From the NCBI RefSeq assembly GCF_006345805.1, contig NC_043010.1:1426001-1490000 (forward strand): DNA of 64,000 nucleotides. The letters are read 5' to 3'. This document shows positions 1-11,788 of the stretch, one piece after another. The stretch is from Octopus sinensis. Taxonomy: Eukaryota. The position numbers and the translations under genes are program-made. Below the pieces are notes generated by a model. The model was not told the origin of the DNA. It saw nothing but the letters and a program-made list of their open reading frames with translations, and did no database searches. Numbering within the stretch: position 1 is the stretch's first letter; each line of letters begins with the position of its first letter.

Positions 1-562
1 TCTTGCCATTTATCATTCAGAATATCTAAGTCCGCAGATTTAGCACGTGTTTTCATGCGCTTAGCTTTTTCTGTGCTTGTTTACTGTGTGTCTAATTTCA
101 GAATTTGTTGTATTCGGAATTCACTTAGATATTCCTTTGCCTGTTTTGTTACTGAGTATGATGCTTTCTTGTTTTCATGTTTTGAAACAAGCTCTAACAT
201 CCAATGCTCAAATTTTTTCAGGTAGGTGTCTAGGCCAATTGTAGCAACATTCATTGTTATTGCCAGTTGTAAAAGCCCACGGCCTCCCTCTTTTCTTGGT
301 AGATAAAGTCGTTCTATATCTGCCTTAGGGTGGTGCATTCTATGCATTGTCAACAGTTTTCGTATTTTTCTGTCAAGATTACATATTTCAGTAATTGACC
401 AGTTAATGATATTGAAACTGTAAGTCACGACTGGTATGGCTAAAGCATTGATCGCTTCGATCCTGTTTCTCGCATTCAGCTCTTACTCTGCGGTAACATT
501 CTCTCCTGATCCTTTCCTTCATCACTGAGTGCCTTATTCCATCCCCTTCAATTACCTTCCCC

Positions 563-563
<1 letters not shown>
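1..563 (-). mobile_element. R4/Dong-like non-LTR retrotransposon fragment, post-RT region, frameshifted, runs off the window edge
   Basis: Translations MKERIRRECYRRVRA and YSFNIINWSITEICNLDRKIRKLLTMHRMHHPKADIERLYLPRKEGGRGLLQL match the thumb/post-RT region of RLE-type LINEs and parallel the 9180-9480 segment of the longer copy. Confidence 0.85.

Positions 564-627
<64 letters not shown>
564..627. repeat. (TTA)n microsatellite
   Basis: Direct reading. Confidence 0.98.
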
Positions 628-629
<2 letters not shown>

Positions 630-702
630 AGTCACAGCCTGGAATCGAATTCGGAATCTTGGGGTTAGTAGCTCGCGCTCTTAACCACTACGCCATATGC
701 CC
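628..702 (-). mobile_element. Short tRNA-derived SINE head with (AAT)n tail
   Basis: Minus strand GGGCATATGGCGTAGTGGTTAAGAGCGCGAGCTACTAACCCCAAGATTCCGAATTCGATTCCAGGCTGTGAC has A-box and B-box; partial second copy at 20244-20286 (+). Confidence 0.7.
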
Positions 703-987
703 GTGAGCGTACAAACGAGATGAGGACAAACATCCGTCAATTGTAAATAATGTAAATGATGGACATAATTCCTCATCTCTTAACTATAGAACTGTATTAG
801 CGAAAATTTTAATTCGAATAATCCAGGAAATTTATTGCGTTCTGCAAGATCATTTTATTGATCCCGTCTTATGATAGATCATTGATGATTAAAAAAAATG
901 GGACACAATGTACATGTTGTCCGACATACTCGTTCTTTCCGCTCTGAAATACTTCGTCCAGTGCAGCATGTTAATACGGATTAGAAT

Positions 988-1382
988 ATTCTCTTCTATT
1001 CTAGGCACAAGGGCTCAAATTTTGGGGGTGCCAGACGACTAGATTGACCCCACTACGCAACTGGTACTTAATTTATCGACCCCGAAAAAATGAAAGGTAA
1101 TGTCGACTTCGGTGAAATTTGAACTCAGAGCGTAAAGAGAGACGAAATACCTATTTCTTTACTACCCACAAGGGGCTAAACACAGAGGAGACAAACAAGG
1201 ACAGACAGACGGATTAAATCGATTATATCGACTCCAGTGCGTAACTGGTACTTATTTAATCGACTCCGAAAAGATGAAAGGCAAAGTCGACCTCGGCGGA
1301 ATTTGAACTCAGAATGTAACGGCAGACGAAATACTTCTAAGTATCTCGCCCGGCGTGCTAACGTTTCTGCCAGCTTGCCGCC
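988..1382 (-). mobile_element. tRNA-derived SINE family A, internally duplicated
   Basis: Head GGCGGC(G/A)AGCTGGCAGAAACGTTAGC, B-box GAGTTCAAATTCC, core GGTCGACTTTGCCTTTCATCCTTTCGGGGTCGATAAA (resembles the MetaSINE central domain, from memory). Confidence 0.85.
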
Positions 1383-1432
1383 TTATTACGGATTTTTTTT
1401 TGGGTGAATTCTTCCCCCCTATATATATATAT

Positions 1433-1622
1433 ATAAAGTTAATCCAAACAAGAAAACAAAAAGAGAACAACGCGAGGATGTGGAACAAATAAAGTATTAT
1501 TGGACGCTCAGGAAAGAAGGGAAGAAGGAGGGATATGACGTTTCGAGCGGAGCTCTTCGTCGGAAACAAGGAGAAAGAAAGATCCCGAGGTGGGAGGACA
1601 GAGGGAAAAAAATGCAAGTGGT
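1433..1622 (-). mobile_element. PLE pLTR family 1 with minimal HHR motif (CCGACGA core variant) at 1533-1567
   Basis: Near-identical to 6505-6695 and 32030-32228; the last abuts a Penelope RT fragment. Confidence 0.8.
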
Positions 1623-1774
1623 CTTCACGAGGTCACATACTGATATATATATATATAGATATATAGCGACAAGGTTATTGTTTGAAGTTATTATGGATAC
1701 CACAGTAGTTGTTAATGCTATAAACAAGTTTGTAAGATTTCACATCTGATTTCATTCTTCTTAAAAGTATGATA

Positions 1775-1871
<97 letters not shown>

Positions 1872-2069
1872 ATATAAGATAGAATCAATATATATATATA
1901 TAAGATAATATATATATATAATATATAATGTATATATAGGATATCATATATAACCTATATTAATATAAAGTTTATAATTCTATTATATATATATATATAT
2001 TATGGTGTATGGTGTATGTTATGTTTGTAGTTTGTGTGTGTGTATGTATGTGTGTGTGTTATCTGTGGG

Positions 2070-2250
2070 TGGGAATCGTTATCGATTTTCTTCCTCGTTC
2101 TTCCTTCTATTGGACTTTCCTCTGCTTCTGCAGAAGAGCGTTGCTCAAAAGTTTAGACCATATTACTTTCTTCCCTGAGCGTACTACAATACTTACATGT
2201 ACCACGTCCTCGCGCTGTGATGTTTTTGTATATGTTCTTTTTTGGGGATT
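2070..2250 (+). mobile_element. Degenerate PLE pLTR family 1 copy, HHR core decayed
   Basis: CTGCAGAAGAGCGTTGCTCAAAAGTT and downstream CTGAGCGT...CCACGTCCTCGCGCTG align to family 1. Confidence 0.7.
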
Positions 2251-2504
2251 ACTATACACACACACACACACAACACACACACACACCACACACACACACA
2301 CACACCCACACCATATATATATATATCTATATATATATCTATACTATATACTTTATTTAAAAAGTAGCAAAATATCATTTTTGCTGCTTTTTAATAATGC
2401 ATACCTCCGTATTTCGATTACTATCTTTTTCCCACTGCTTCGCATTAAGTGCTTGCTCCGGAATATATATATATATATTAATATATATTATATATATATA
2501 TGTA

Positions 2505-2536
<32 letters not shown>

Positions 2537-2620
2537 ATAATTTAATAAATATTAGGGAATAAATCCAAATTTACAGGGAAAAAAATCAGATTTAGGATTA
2601 TCCATTTTAGTAAATTATAT

Positions 2621-2938
2621 AAAATATTATTAGAGACAAAACACTATTTGCAAACCAAACAAGGAAAGACTTAATCAATACATAAAATTTTAATAAATAG
2701 TCAAAAAAACAGCCACTACAATCGTTTCTTGTCTTGATCGACAATCTTCAGGTGGACTTCACATAAGTCAGTTTCAAATTTGAAATGACTTATTGGATAG
2801 TCCACCTGAAGATTGTCGATCAGACAAGAAATGTCGTTTGTAGTGGCGGTTTTTTTCGACTATTTATTAAAATTTTATGTATTGATTAAGTCTTTCCTTG
2901 TTGTTTTGCAAAATAGTATTTTGTATCTCATAATATAT

Positions 2939-2939
<1 letters not shown>
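2621..2939. repeat. About 320 bp imperfect palindrome (inverted PLE-type termini), HHR-like motif on each arm
   Basis: Arms are reverse complements about centre TTTCAAA|TTTGAAA (2778/2779); CTGAAGA-TTGTC-loop-GACAA-GAAA on both strands. Confidence 0.9.
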
Positions 2940-2995
<56 letters not shown>

Positions 2996-3038
2996 ATGAG
3001 CCGTTGGAAAGCCGATTATAGCAACGACTCCATCAAAG

Positions 3039-3077
3039 GATATCTGAAGAAGGAATATTATTCCGAAATATCATATC
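3039..3077 (+). ncRNA. Minimal type I hammerhead ribozyme
   Basis: GATAT CTGAAGA A GGAAT-ATT-ATTCC GAAA TAT C ATATC: 5-bp stem I, 5-bp stem II, palindromic stem III ATAT, AUC site. Confidence 0.8.
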
Positions 3078-3497
3078 AGACTATAGATGACTAAATTTCA
3101 ACAGGTATATATATCCCGTTGTTTGTATTATAGTGCATTGTTGTACCATTCAAATCTTTTTATTCTTTATATATATTAGAAATGGATACCAAAATAATAA
3201 ATTGAGCAATTAAATAATTTAATCGTTAAATGATAAAATCTTCTGGACGCTGGTGGAATTCAGTGAAACCAAGGTATTCGGCGGGTTTTAATTACTCCCT
3301 ATTTGAATAACTCTCCAAACGCATTTGTCCGGGAGATTTAATTCTGGAAAATTTGGAAGCCACAAGTTTGGTCTACATAATCGTCAGATTGTCTGATATC
3401 CCCTCTTGAGTTACTTCGGTTTTGTGAGAAGGTGCTAAGCCTTGTATTGCCCTACACTGCGTACCTTATTCACCCAGGGTTTAACAGTTGCCTTGCA

Positions 3498-3665
3498 GTT
3501 GCACCGAAAACCTCTAAACCAGGGCTCTTCAAACAGAAAGTTATGGCGATTGTTTGGTGGTGTTCTGCTGGACTCATTTACTATAACTTCTTAAAACCCG
3601 GAAAAACCATTACTGCATAAACATAATGCCATGAAATTGCCAAAATGAACGAAAACTTGATACTC
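3498..3665 (+). mobile_element. mariner transposase internal fragment
   Basis: KPGLFKQKVMAIVWWCSAGLIYYNFLKPGKTITA; same family as 20330-20920. Confidence 0.85.
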
Positions 3666-3699
3666 CTCAGTGTATCAGGCGCCATTAATTAAGAGACAC

Positions 3700-4345
3700 T
3701 GCAAAAAAGATGTGAGGTAACATGGCATGACACTTCCTTCGTTACGCAGCACCCCTAAAGTCATTAAAGTTGAAGGGAAATTCAGTATAGATCACTCTGG
3801 GCACATACGAAGAATCTACACACAACCATCTAGCATTCCTCCTGCTTGACATTCGAGGAGATCAGAAGAATGCTATATTCGTGAATGTTTTTAATCTCGT
3901 CAAGTAAACACTTTGCACGGATCGAACGGTTTTCCTGCATGTTTTGAGACATAAATTGGTCTTTCCTCAGTACAAACGACTTGTATCGAGTGCCATCTGC
4001 AACTCAGTTCTACTAGTCTCTTCCGACTTCTCAAGTTCTTTGGCGATGGCCCCATTGATTTTGTGGGATCATCAGAAAAAAAATGATTTGAACCCGTTGC
4101 ATGTATTGCGAGGTCCTTAAAGAATCCGAAGATTTTAGAATGTTTATTTCTCTTGGATGCAATTGAAACGTTCCAGTCAGAAGCTTCCGAACTTTGTGTA
4201 CAAAAGATCTTGTAATATTTAGAATGTTGGCAATTTCTAAATCGCTGTGTTGGCAGCACGGACGGCAACAACGACTGCAAGTCATTTTTTGTGTTGTTTT
4301 GTATGCAATGGTGGATCTGAAAGAAATAAAAACTTTTTAATGTTT
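3700..4345 (-). mobile_element. Tc1/mariner superfamily (maT/DD37D-like) transposase remnant
   Basis: HTH-like QHSDLEIANILNITRSFVHKVRK, DDPTKSM, and downstream RWLCVDSSYVPRVIYTEFPSTLMTLGVLRNEGSVMP across frameshifts. Confidence 0.7.
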
Positions 4346-5482
4346 GATGAGATCATTATGCGATAATTAAGTGCCTTGAAATAACCTTCGCACACATTAT
4401 ATACATATGCCTAATCCATATGCATACACACATGCTTAGACACACGCCTATGATTGTATGTGTGTGTGTATAAATATATACACGCAAACGCATATATATA
4501 TATATATATATATGTATTATGTAAATATCAGTATATGTGGATGTGTGTGTATGTATATATACATACACACACACATACACACACACACACACACAAACGC
4601 ATATATGTATGTATGTAAATGTCAGTATATGCGTATGTGTGTGTGTGTGTGTTTGTATGGGTGTGAAACAGGCATACAGCGATAGAGAGAATAGAAGAGA
4701 AAGAGAAAGAGGGCGAATGAGAGGGAGTGAAAGAGAGAGCGAGAGATAGATAGAAAAATAGATAGATAAAGAGATAGATAGATAGATAAATAGATATATA
4801 GACAGATAGACAGAGAGAGAAGAGAGAGAGAGAAGAGAGAGAGAGGGAGGGAGGGTACGTATTTTTGCTGACGTACGGTTAGACATGTAAACATCTCCGA
4901 GAAAACCCGATAAACCGGTTCATTCAAACAAACATCCTTGTGGTTATTTGTTCTGCCCGTGTTGCACCGACGTTCCTTTGTTACTCTCGTCATTCATTGG
5001 TTAGTGAACCGTTCATTGATTAGTTCGTTACAACAATAATCTAACGAACGAACCTATTGTTTACAAAATGAAATATAGAATAAATAAATAATTGGAGAGT
5101 ATTAAAATACTCGTCGCAAAACTCCTTGCAAGCGTTGCTTATTCGCTCAGTTAATGAAATATGAGCATTATTGAATTAGCAAAGTTAAACATGGCCTGGG
5201 TCAATAATGGCCAAAACCTGTCAAAGTGACCTGATTCATATACAAACATACATACATACATACAACACACATTCATACATACATACATACATACATACAT
5301 ACATACATACATACATACATACATACATGCATGCATGAATGCATGCATGCATCCATCCATCCATCCATCCATCCATCCATCCATCCATACATACATACAT
5401 ACATACATACATACATACATACATACATACATACATACACACTTATAGACACATATTTGTATGCGTGATAATATATATATTT

Positions 5483-5822
5483 TGTGTGGTAAGAAGCTTG
5501 TTTTCCAACCATGTGGTTCTGGGCTCAGTCCCACTTCGGTGCAACTTGGGCAAACGTCTTCTGATATAGCTTCGAGCCGAGTGGATTTGGTAGATGGAAA
5601 CTGAAAGAAGTCCGTCGCATAATAAATATATGTAGAACAACTGGTGATGTGTATTTACGTCCCCGTAAGTTGGCGGTTCACCAAAAGAGATCGATAGAAT
5701 AAGTACCAGACATTAAAAATAAGTAGTGGGGGCCATTCATTCGACTAAAAATTCGAGGCGATGTCCCAGCATGGACTCAGTCTAATGACTAAAACAAGTG
5801 AAGGATAAATGATAAAAGATAC
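5483..5822 (+). mobile_element. tRNA-derived SINE family B (CORE-like)
   Basis: Head GTGGTAAGAAGCTTG...GGGCTCAGTCCCAC, CORE-like CTTGGGCAAACGTCTTCT, tail CCAGCATGG...GACTAAAACAAG; many further copies. Confidence 0.85.
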
Positions 5823-5859
5823 AAAATATATATATATATTATTTCTCTCCATCTCTCTC

Positions 5860-5935
<76 letters not shown>

Positions 5936-5996
5936 GATAGATAGATAGATATTATATAGATAGATAGATAGATATTTATATATATATATATTATAT

Positions 5997-6042
<46 letters not shown>

Positions 6043-6049
6043 ATATATG

Positions 6050-6092
<43 letters not shown>

Positions 6093-6394
6093 ATATAACT
6101 TAAATGACTTTAGATATGTTTAAACAAAAACTCCTCTAAACATTTTCTTTCATTGTCAAAGATTCTATTTCTTAACATTTCTTATCATTGTCAAAGACTG
6201 TATCACGTATACATCTGTGATAACCATTTTTTAACACAAAATTTTACTTTTGAAAATCTTTTTTTTTAAAAAGTGAAACCGGTCAAGTCAATAACCATTT
6301 TAAAAGACCTCAGCATTTTCAATCCTCTTTATTATATATATATATACCTGTTGTTATAACATCTGTCTTCGTCTTTTGTTTTTCTGTGTGTGTG

Positions 6395-6426
<32 letters not shown>

Positions 6427-6451
6427 CTATATATATATTATATATATATAC

Positions 6452-6482
<31 letters not shown>

Positions 6483-6504
6483 GTGTGTGTGAGACCGTGT
6501 GTGT

Positions 6505-6695
6505 ATCGTTGGCGATTTTCTTTCTCCGTCTTCCCTTCCTTAGACCTTTCCTTTTCCTATGTTTCTGACGAAGAGCTCCGCTCGAAACGTTAAATCCTCC
6601 TTCTTCTTCCCTTCCTTCCTGAGCGTCCAATAACACTATACTTGTTCCACGTCCTCGCGCTGTTGTGGTTTCTCTTTGTTCATGTTTGGATTAAC
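6505..6695 (+). mobile_element. PLE pLTR family 1 with minimal HHR at 6561-6595
   Basis: GTTT CTGACGA A GAGC-TCC-GCTC GAAA CGT T AAAT. Confidence 0.85.
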
Positions 6696-7413
6696 TCTCT
6701 CTCTCTCTCTCTCTCTCTGTATATATATATATATATATATATATTATATTAGTTCTGTAATTATTCAATAGATTTTGAAATACGCTTGTTGGTGTTGCTG
6801 TCGTTGTCATCATCTTCGTTGTTGTTTTTCTCCATGTCAGCCCTAATTATGCAGACCTTTGATAAAAGAATGTCCCAACCGTATTCGCTGTATCTTTCGT
6901 GATATCTAGGAATACATCCCCCATTGTTTCCCACTCAGTTTTAAGGCAGAAGAATGTAATTTGAGGGAGATTTGACTGCTATTATTATAGCGTATTATAA
7001 TATTCTATATTGTAACATTTACTGCCATCAATGGCCGCTCACAACTAACATGTCCAACCTTCCTAATATTTGGATATGTTTGTTTTACATCTCGTGTGTT
7101 TGTTTGTTTACATTCTTGGTTGATTAAATGTCCTTTCCAATATTCCAGAAACTCCTCGACCAAAGAAATGTAAATATTTTATTGATTATTACGAATAAAA
7201 ACAAACAAAAGCGACAGAAAAATGGCTTTGTTTGTTTCGTGAAATTTCGCCTCTTTAAAACTAGCTATTTGGATTGTGAGCACGGATTGCTGATCGGATC
7301 ATCATGTCGTAATATTCTGAATAATATATTGCTTATACAAAAATCAGACGTCAGTTACACGGAAAACGAAATACAAATGGATATATATAAATATCTAAAA
7401 AATAAATCAAGGA

Positions 7414-7523
7414 GGTGAGCTGGGAAAATCGTTAGCATGACGGGTAAAATGCTCAACGGCATTTCGTCCGTTTTAACGTTCTGAGTTCAAATTCCGCCGA
7501 GGTCAATTTTGCCTTTCATCCTT
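7414..7523 (+). mobile_element. SINE family A, 5' part
   Basis: Head and B-box match family A. Confidence 0.8.
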
Positions 7524-7700
7524 GAATATTGGGTGGAGCACTTGCAGAAAACAGCACTGCTTGGAACCGCTCGAATACTCCGGATGGGGTTCGAAAAATA
7601 AGGAGGGGGGGCCTTACATTAGTTCACTGGTAGTGAACAGCTGACCCCGTAGTACATCTCTAGCGTTACAAGCTCTGCAAAGACAATAAAATAATCAAAC
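7524..7700 (+). mobile_element. Extreme 3' end of an R4/Dong-like LINE (C-terminus plus 3' UTR)
   Basis: NIGVEHLQKTALLGTARILRMGFEK* is the typical C-terminal motif of RLE-type LINEs; ends in AATAAAATAAT. Confidence 0.7.
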
Positions 7701-7899
7701 AGGTAGAAAGATATATTTTTCAACACGTAAATACTGAACAATATATATAAAGGATAAATTCCTTTTAAGAGCAGAAGAATTTTATCCTTTATATATACTG
7801 TTTAGTATTTACGCGTTGAAAAACATATCTTTCTCCTTGTTCTACAATACATTTCAACGCTTCAAAAACAAACTTATGTTTGTTTACATATGGCGTAAT

Positions 7900-7954
7900 A
7901 ACAACAACAACAGCAACGACGACGGCGAAAACAACAACAACAACAATAATAATG

Positions 7955-8019
<65 letters not shown>
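7900..8019. repeat. (AAC)n/(AAT)n microsatellite
   Basis: Direct reading. Confidence 0.98.
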
Positions 8020-8020
<1 letters not shown>

Positions 8021-8039
8021 GTTTTTTATAGAAAGCTAA

Positions 8040-10315
8040 ACAAAAAACAATATCAATAGACACTATGCCAACAACATCCGCAATTCAGCCATACTGGGAA
8101 GCAATATGGAGCAAACCAAATAAATAAATAAACACAACCAAAATGTATTAGTAGGGAAAAGGAAAGAAAGAACACAATAGAACAACAGATATGGTCCACC
8201 ATCACTGACCAATGGATCACGGACACACTGAGGAGTGCCAGCAACTGGAAAACTCCAGAGATAGACAGGGTCCCCAACTTCTGGTTGAAACATTTCACCA
8301 GTACCTATAACCACTTAGCGGCAGCATTAAATTTATTGATAAGTGAGCCAGAATCAACGCCAAACTGGATGCTGGAAGGACAAACCACCCTTATTCCCCC
8401 AAACAAAGAGACCGTACATCCACAAAATTACAGACCAATGGCATGCCTCTCAAGGTACCACAAAACCCTAACATCAGTCATCTGAACCAGCTTATAAAGC
8501 ACTTGGAAAACAACGATATTTTACCAGAAGAACAAAAAGGGTGCCGGAGAGGGATGTATGGCTATAAGGAGCAACTTCTGGTAAACCGAGCCATTATAGA
8601 AGACTGTAAAAGGAGAAAGACAAACCTGAACGTGACTTGGATTGATTACCACAAGGCATTCAACAGTGTTCCACACTCATGGATACTGGAATCTCTCCAC
8701 AGTAATAAGGTCGCCCCACCATTACTAATGGCAAACTGGAAAGCCAATATACCATTAAAAGATGACTCGCAAGTTATTAAAACCTACCTTATACCAATAA
8801 GAAGAGGGATTTTCCAGGGAGACTCTCTGTCACCTCTGCTTTTCTACCTTTCTCTAACTCCGCTAACAAACTTATTAAACCAAACCACCATGGGTTATAG
8901 GTGCCATGGACAATAAATAAACCGTCTCCCGTATATGGATGACCTAAAACCTTTCGTTAAAAGCACCATGGAATGGAAACCTTATCGAAATTGTCCAAAG
9001 TTTCAGCAATGATATTGGAATGAGCGTGCATGGAGCTGAATAAATGTGTCAAAGTCACACTGAGAAGAGGCAAATTATTCAGCACAGGAAACACTGCACT
9101 CGACATAGATACAGAAATTAGAGAATTAGACTACAACCGCCCATACAAATATCTAGGAATAGAAGAAACAGCTAAAACGCAATACACAGAAATGAAAGCG
9201 AAAATTAGGAGAGAGAATTACAGAAGAGTTAGACTAATATGAAACACTGAACTTAATGCTAAAATAAGATAATAGAGATAAACACGCTAGTCATACCAGT
9301 CATAAATTACAGCTTTAACATAATAAACTGGAAGATCAGTGAATTTAGTGACCCAGATCGAAAAACCAGAAAACTACTAACGGCGTATCGAAGTCACCAC
9401 CCCGAAGCACACGCAGAAAAAAATATATCTATTCCGATCAGAAAGAGGCCGTAGCCTGACACAAATAGAGAACTGCTATATAGTAACAACAGTTGGACTA
9501 GGAAAGTATTTAGAAGCAAACAATGCAAGACTACTGCATGTGGTAAAGCAACACAAGAAAAAGAAAACGCTTTTTTCATGCACAAGGAGGAGACAAAATC
9601 CCAAACAGAAACAAACTACACTGACACACTGACCTCAGATGATAACATAGAAGAAAAGGTGAGAGAGAAATAATACAAAGGGAAAACTGAATTACAAGAG
9701 AAACTGAAGAAGAAATGGAGAGAAAAATCCCTTTATGGCCAATACCCTGCAAAGCTTGACAGAGAGGAAGTGAGCCAAAGTAAAAGCCAACAATGGCGCA
9801 AAAGCTCTGGACTAAAAGCTGAAACAGGACTGATTCTCACTGCACAAGACCAATGCCTCACTACAAACAATTATAAAATCAAAATAATGAAAACAGGCCT
9901 CAACATCAAATGCAGAATGTGTAACCAGCACAATGATATAGTTGACCACATCATCTCGGGCTGCCCAGTCCTTGCCAAGTCTGAATGTATATACAAACAC
10001 GACAAAGTAAGCAGTGATATCTACTGGACAATATGCCAACATTACAACATCGAAACTGACAACAGGTGGTATAAGCATGTGCCAAGCAAGGTACAAGACA
10101 ACGACCAGGCCTCAATCATCTGAGATATGCCGGTTATAACCGACAAAGAAATAAAGCTGATCACCCAGACATAGTAGTCAGGTTTGGGGTAGAAATCACC
10201 TGCTTACTGATAGACATTGCTGTCCCTTCTGATCAAAATATTGTCAAAAAAGGAGTGGAGAAATTGTCAAAGTACAAAGACCTCAAAATTGAAGTATTGA
10301 AGATGTGGAGCATAC
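8040..10315 (+). mobile_element. R4/Dong-like non-LTR retrotransposon pseudo-ORF (RT, CCHC knuckle, restriction-like endonuclease), many stops and frameshifts
   Basis: [92 protein letters not shown]. Confidence 0.95.
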
Positions 10316-10319
10316 CTCA

Positions 10320-11030
10320 TCTTCTCCCATTATTCTATTCTTTTGCTCTTTCGTTTTCTCTCTTACTTTCTCTTCTCTCACTATTCCATCCTTCTACTCC
10401 TTCGTTTTCTCCCTTCTTTTCTCTTATTCTTTTACCTCCCCTTTTCCTCTCTCTCTTTTTTCTCTCTTATCCTGTCTTTAAATCTTTTCCACTCCCCTTC
10501 ACAGTTCTCTGTCTGTTACTCTCTCTCCCTCATTCTTCCTCCTTTGCTTAGCTGGCCCCCACGTGACCATCGGCCATTTTTCTTTCTTCTCCTAACTTGT
10601 GTTTCTTTCTTTCTTCCTGTTTCAGCTGGACAGGGAAGACGTATTGTTCTCTGTCTCCTGTCCAGACATGTTTCTTCGCGTTCGCCAGCACAACCTCGTT
10701 TAGGTCTAGCAGCCAATCCTGTTTCTTTTCCCTGTCCTGTTTTTGTTACCAATCTTGACCTTCCGTAAGATCGCAAATTTGATTTAATTTGCTTTGTGGG
10801 AGTAACTGTTTTATCGAAGACGTATGTTGTCGTGAATTGCTCGAAATACAGATTAGAAAAACAGCCGACAAATGATGAAGGGTCATTCTTTGTGTTGCTT
10901 GTCTTGTTTCCATTTGCTTCTTCCGTTGCTTACAAAAAAGTCCTTATTCCATGTCTTCGTACTTTGTATTTTTTGTTGTTAATGTTTTGTGACGTCCTGT
11001 GCCCACATGTGCATATGTATATACGTATAC
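10320..11030 (+). mobile_element. PLE 3' end/pLTR family 2 carrying a permuted HHR motif at 10822-10888
   Basis: Aligns with 31020-31390 (+) and 21075-21560 (-). Confidence 0.7.
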
Positions 11031-11090
11031 ATGTAATTATGTACGTATACGTATGTATATATGCATATATATATATATAATACTATATTA

Positions 11091-11139
<49 letters not shown>

Positions 11140-11365
11140 ACACATATATATATATAATATTATAATATATATATATATATATTATACAATTTAATGAAGA
11201 CTATATTTTTTATGAGCTACTAAAAGTCTCATTCAATGAAAAAACATCTCAGACAGTATTTTTATTCGTAGCTCATAAAAATATATAATGTGTTTATTAA
11301 ATAAAATTTATCTCCCATCAGGAGTACTTTTTTTTTGTTAATCTTACCATCACGGAACAGTGCAC

Positions 11366-11402
<37 letters not shown>

Positions 11403-11734
11403 TTGTGCCTTGAGGAAGCCTTTTGCATTCTGCTACGTAATGATAACTTGGTATTATGGGGATCATTGTATGATAAGAGAGGGAGAGAGGGAGAGACAGA
11501 CAGACAGAACATAGTAGTGTTGAGCCACGGAACACTGGCAATGTGTCACACATGGCTTCTCTTAACGAAATACTGGATCTAAATAATTTTCCGTTAAGAG
11601 ATAAAAATTAGTTCTGTTTGACAAAAGCAGGGAAGGATACAATTGCTGAACGTCCCTCTTGTTTCAATCCAATCCCGACCGAACAGGAATTTTAATTTGT
11701 ATGTATGTCCGTTTTTATATATGTGTATGTGTGT

Positions 11735-11788
11735 ATGTATGTATGTATGTATGTATGTATGTATGTATGTATGTATGTATGTATCTAT
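11735..11788. repeat. (GTAT)n microsatellite at the 3' end of a LINE fragment
   Basis: Direct reading. Confidence 0.95.
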
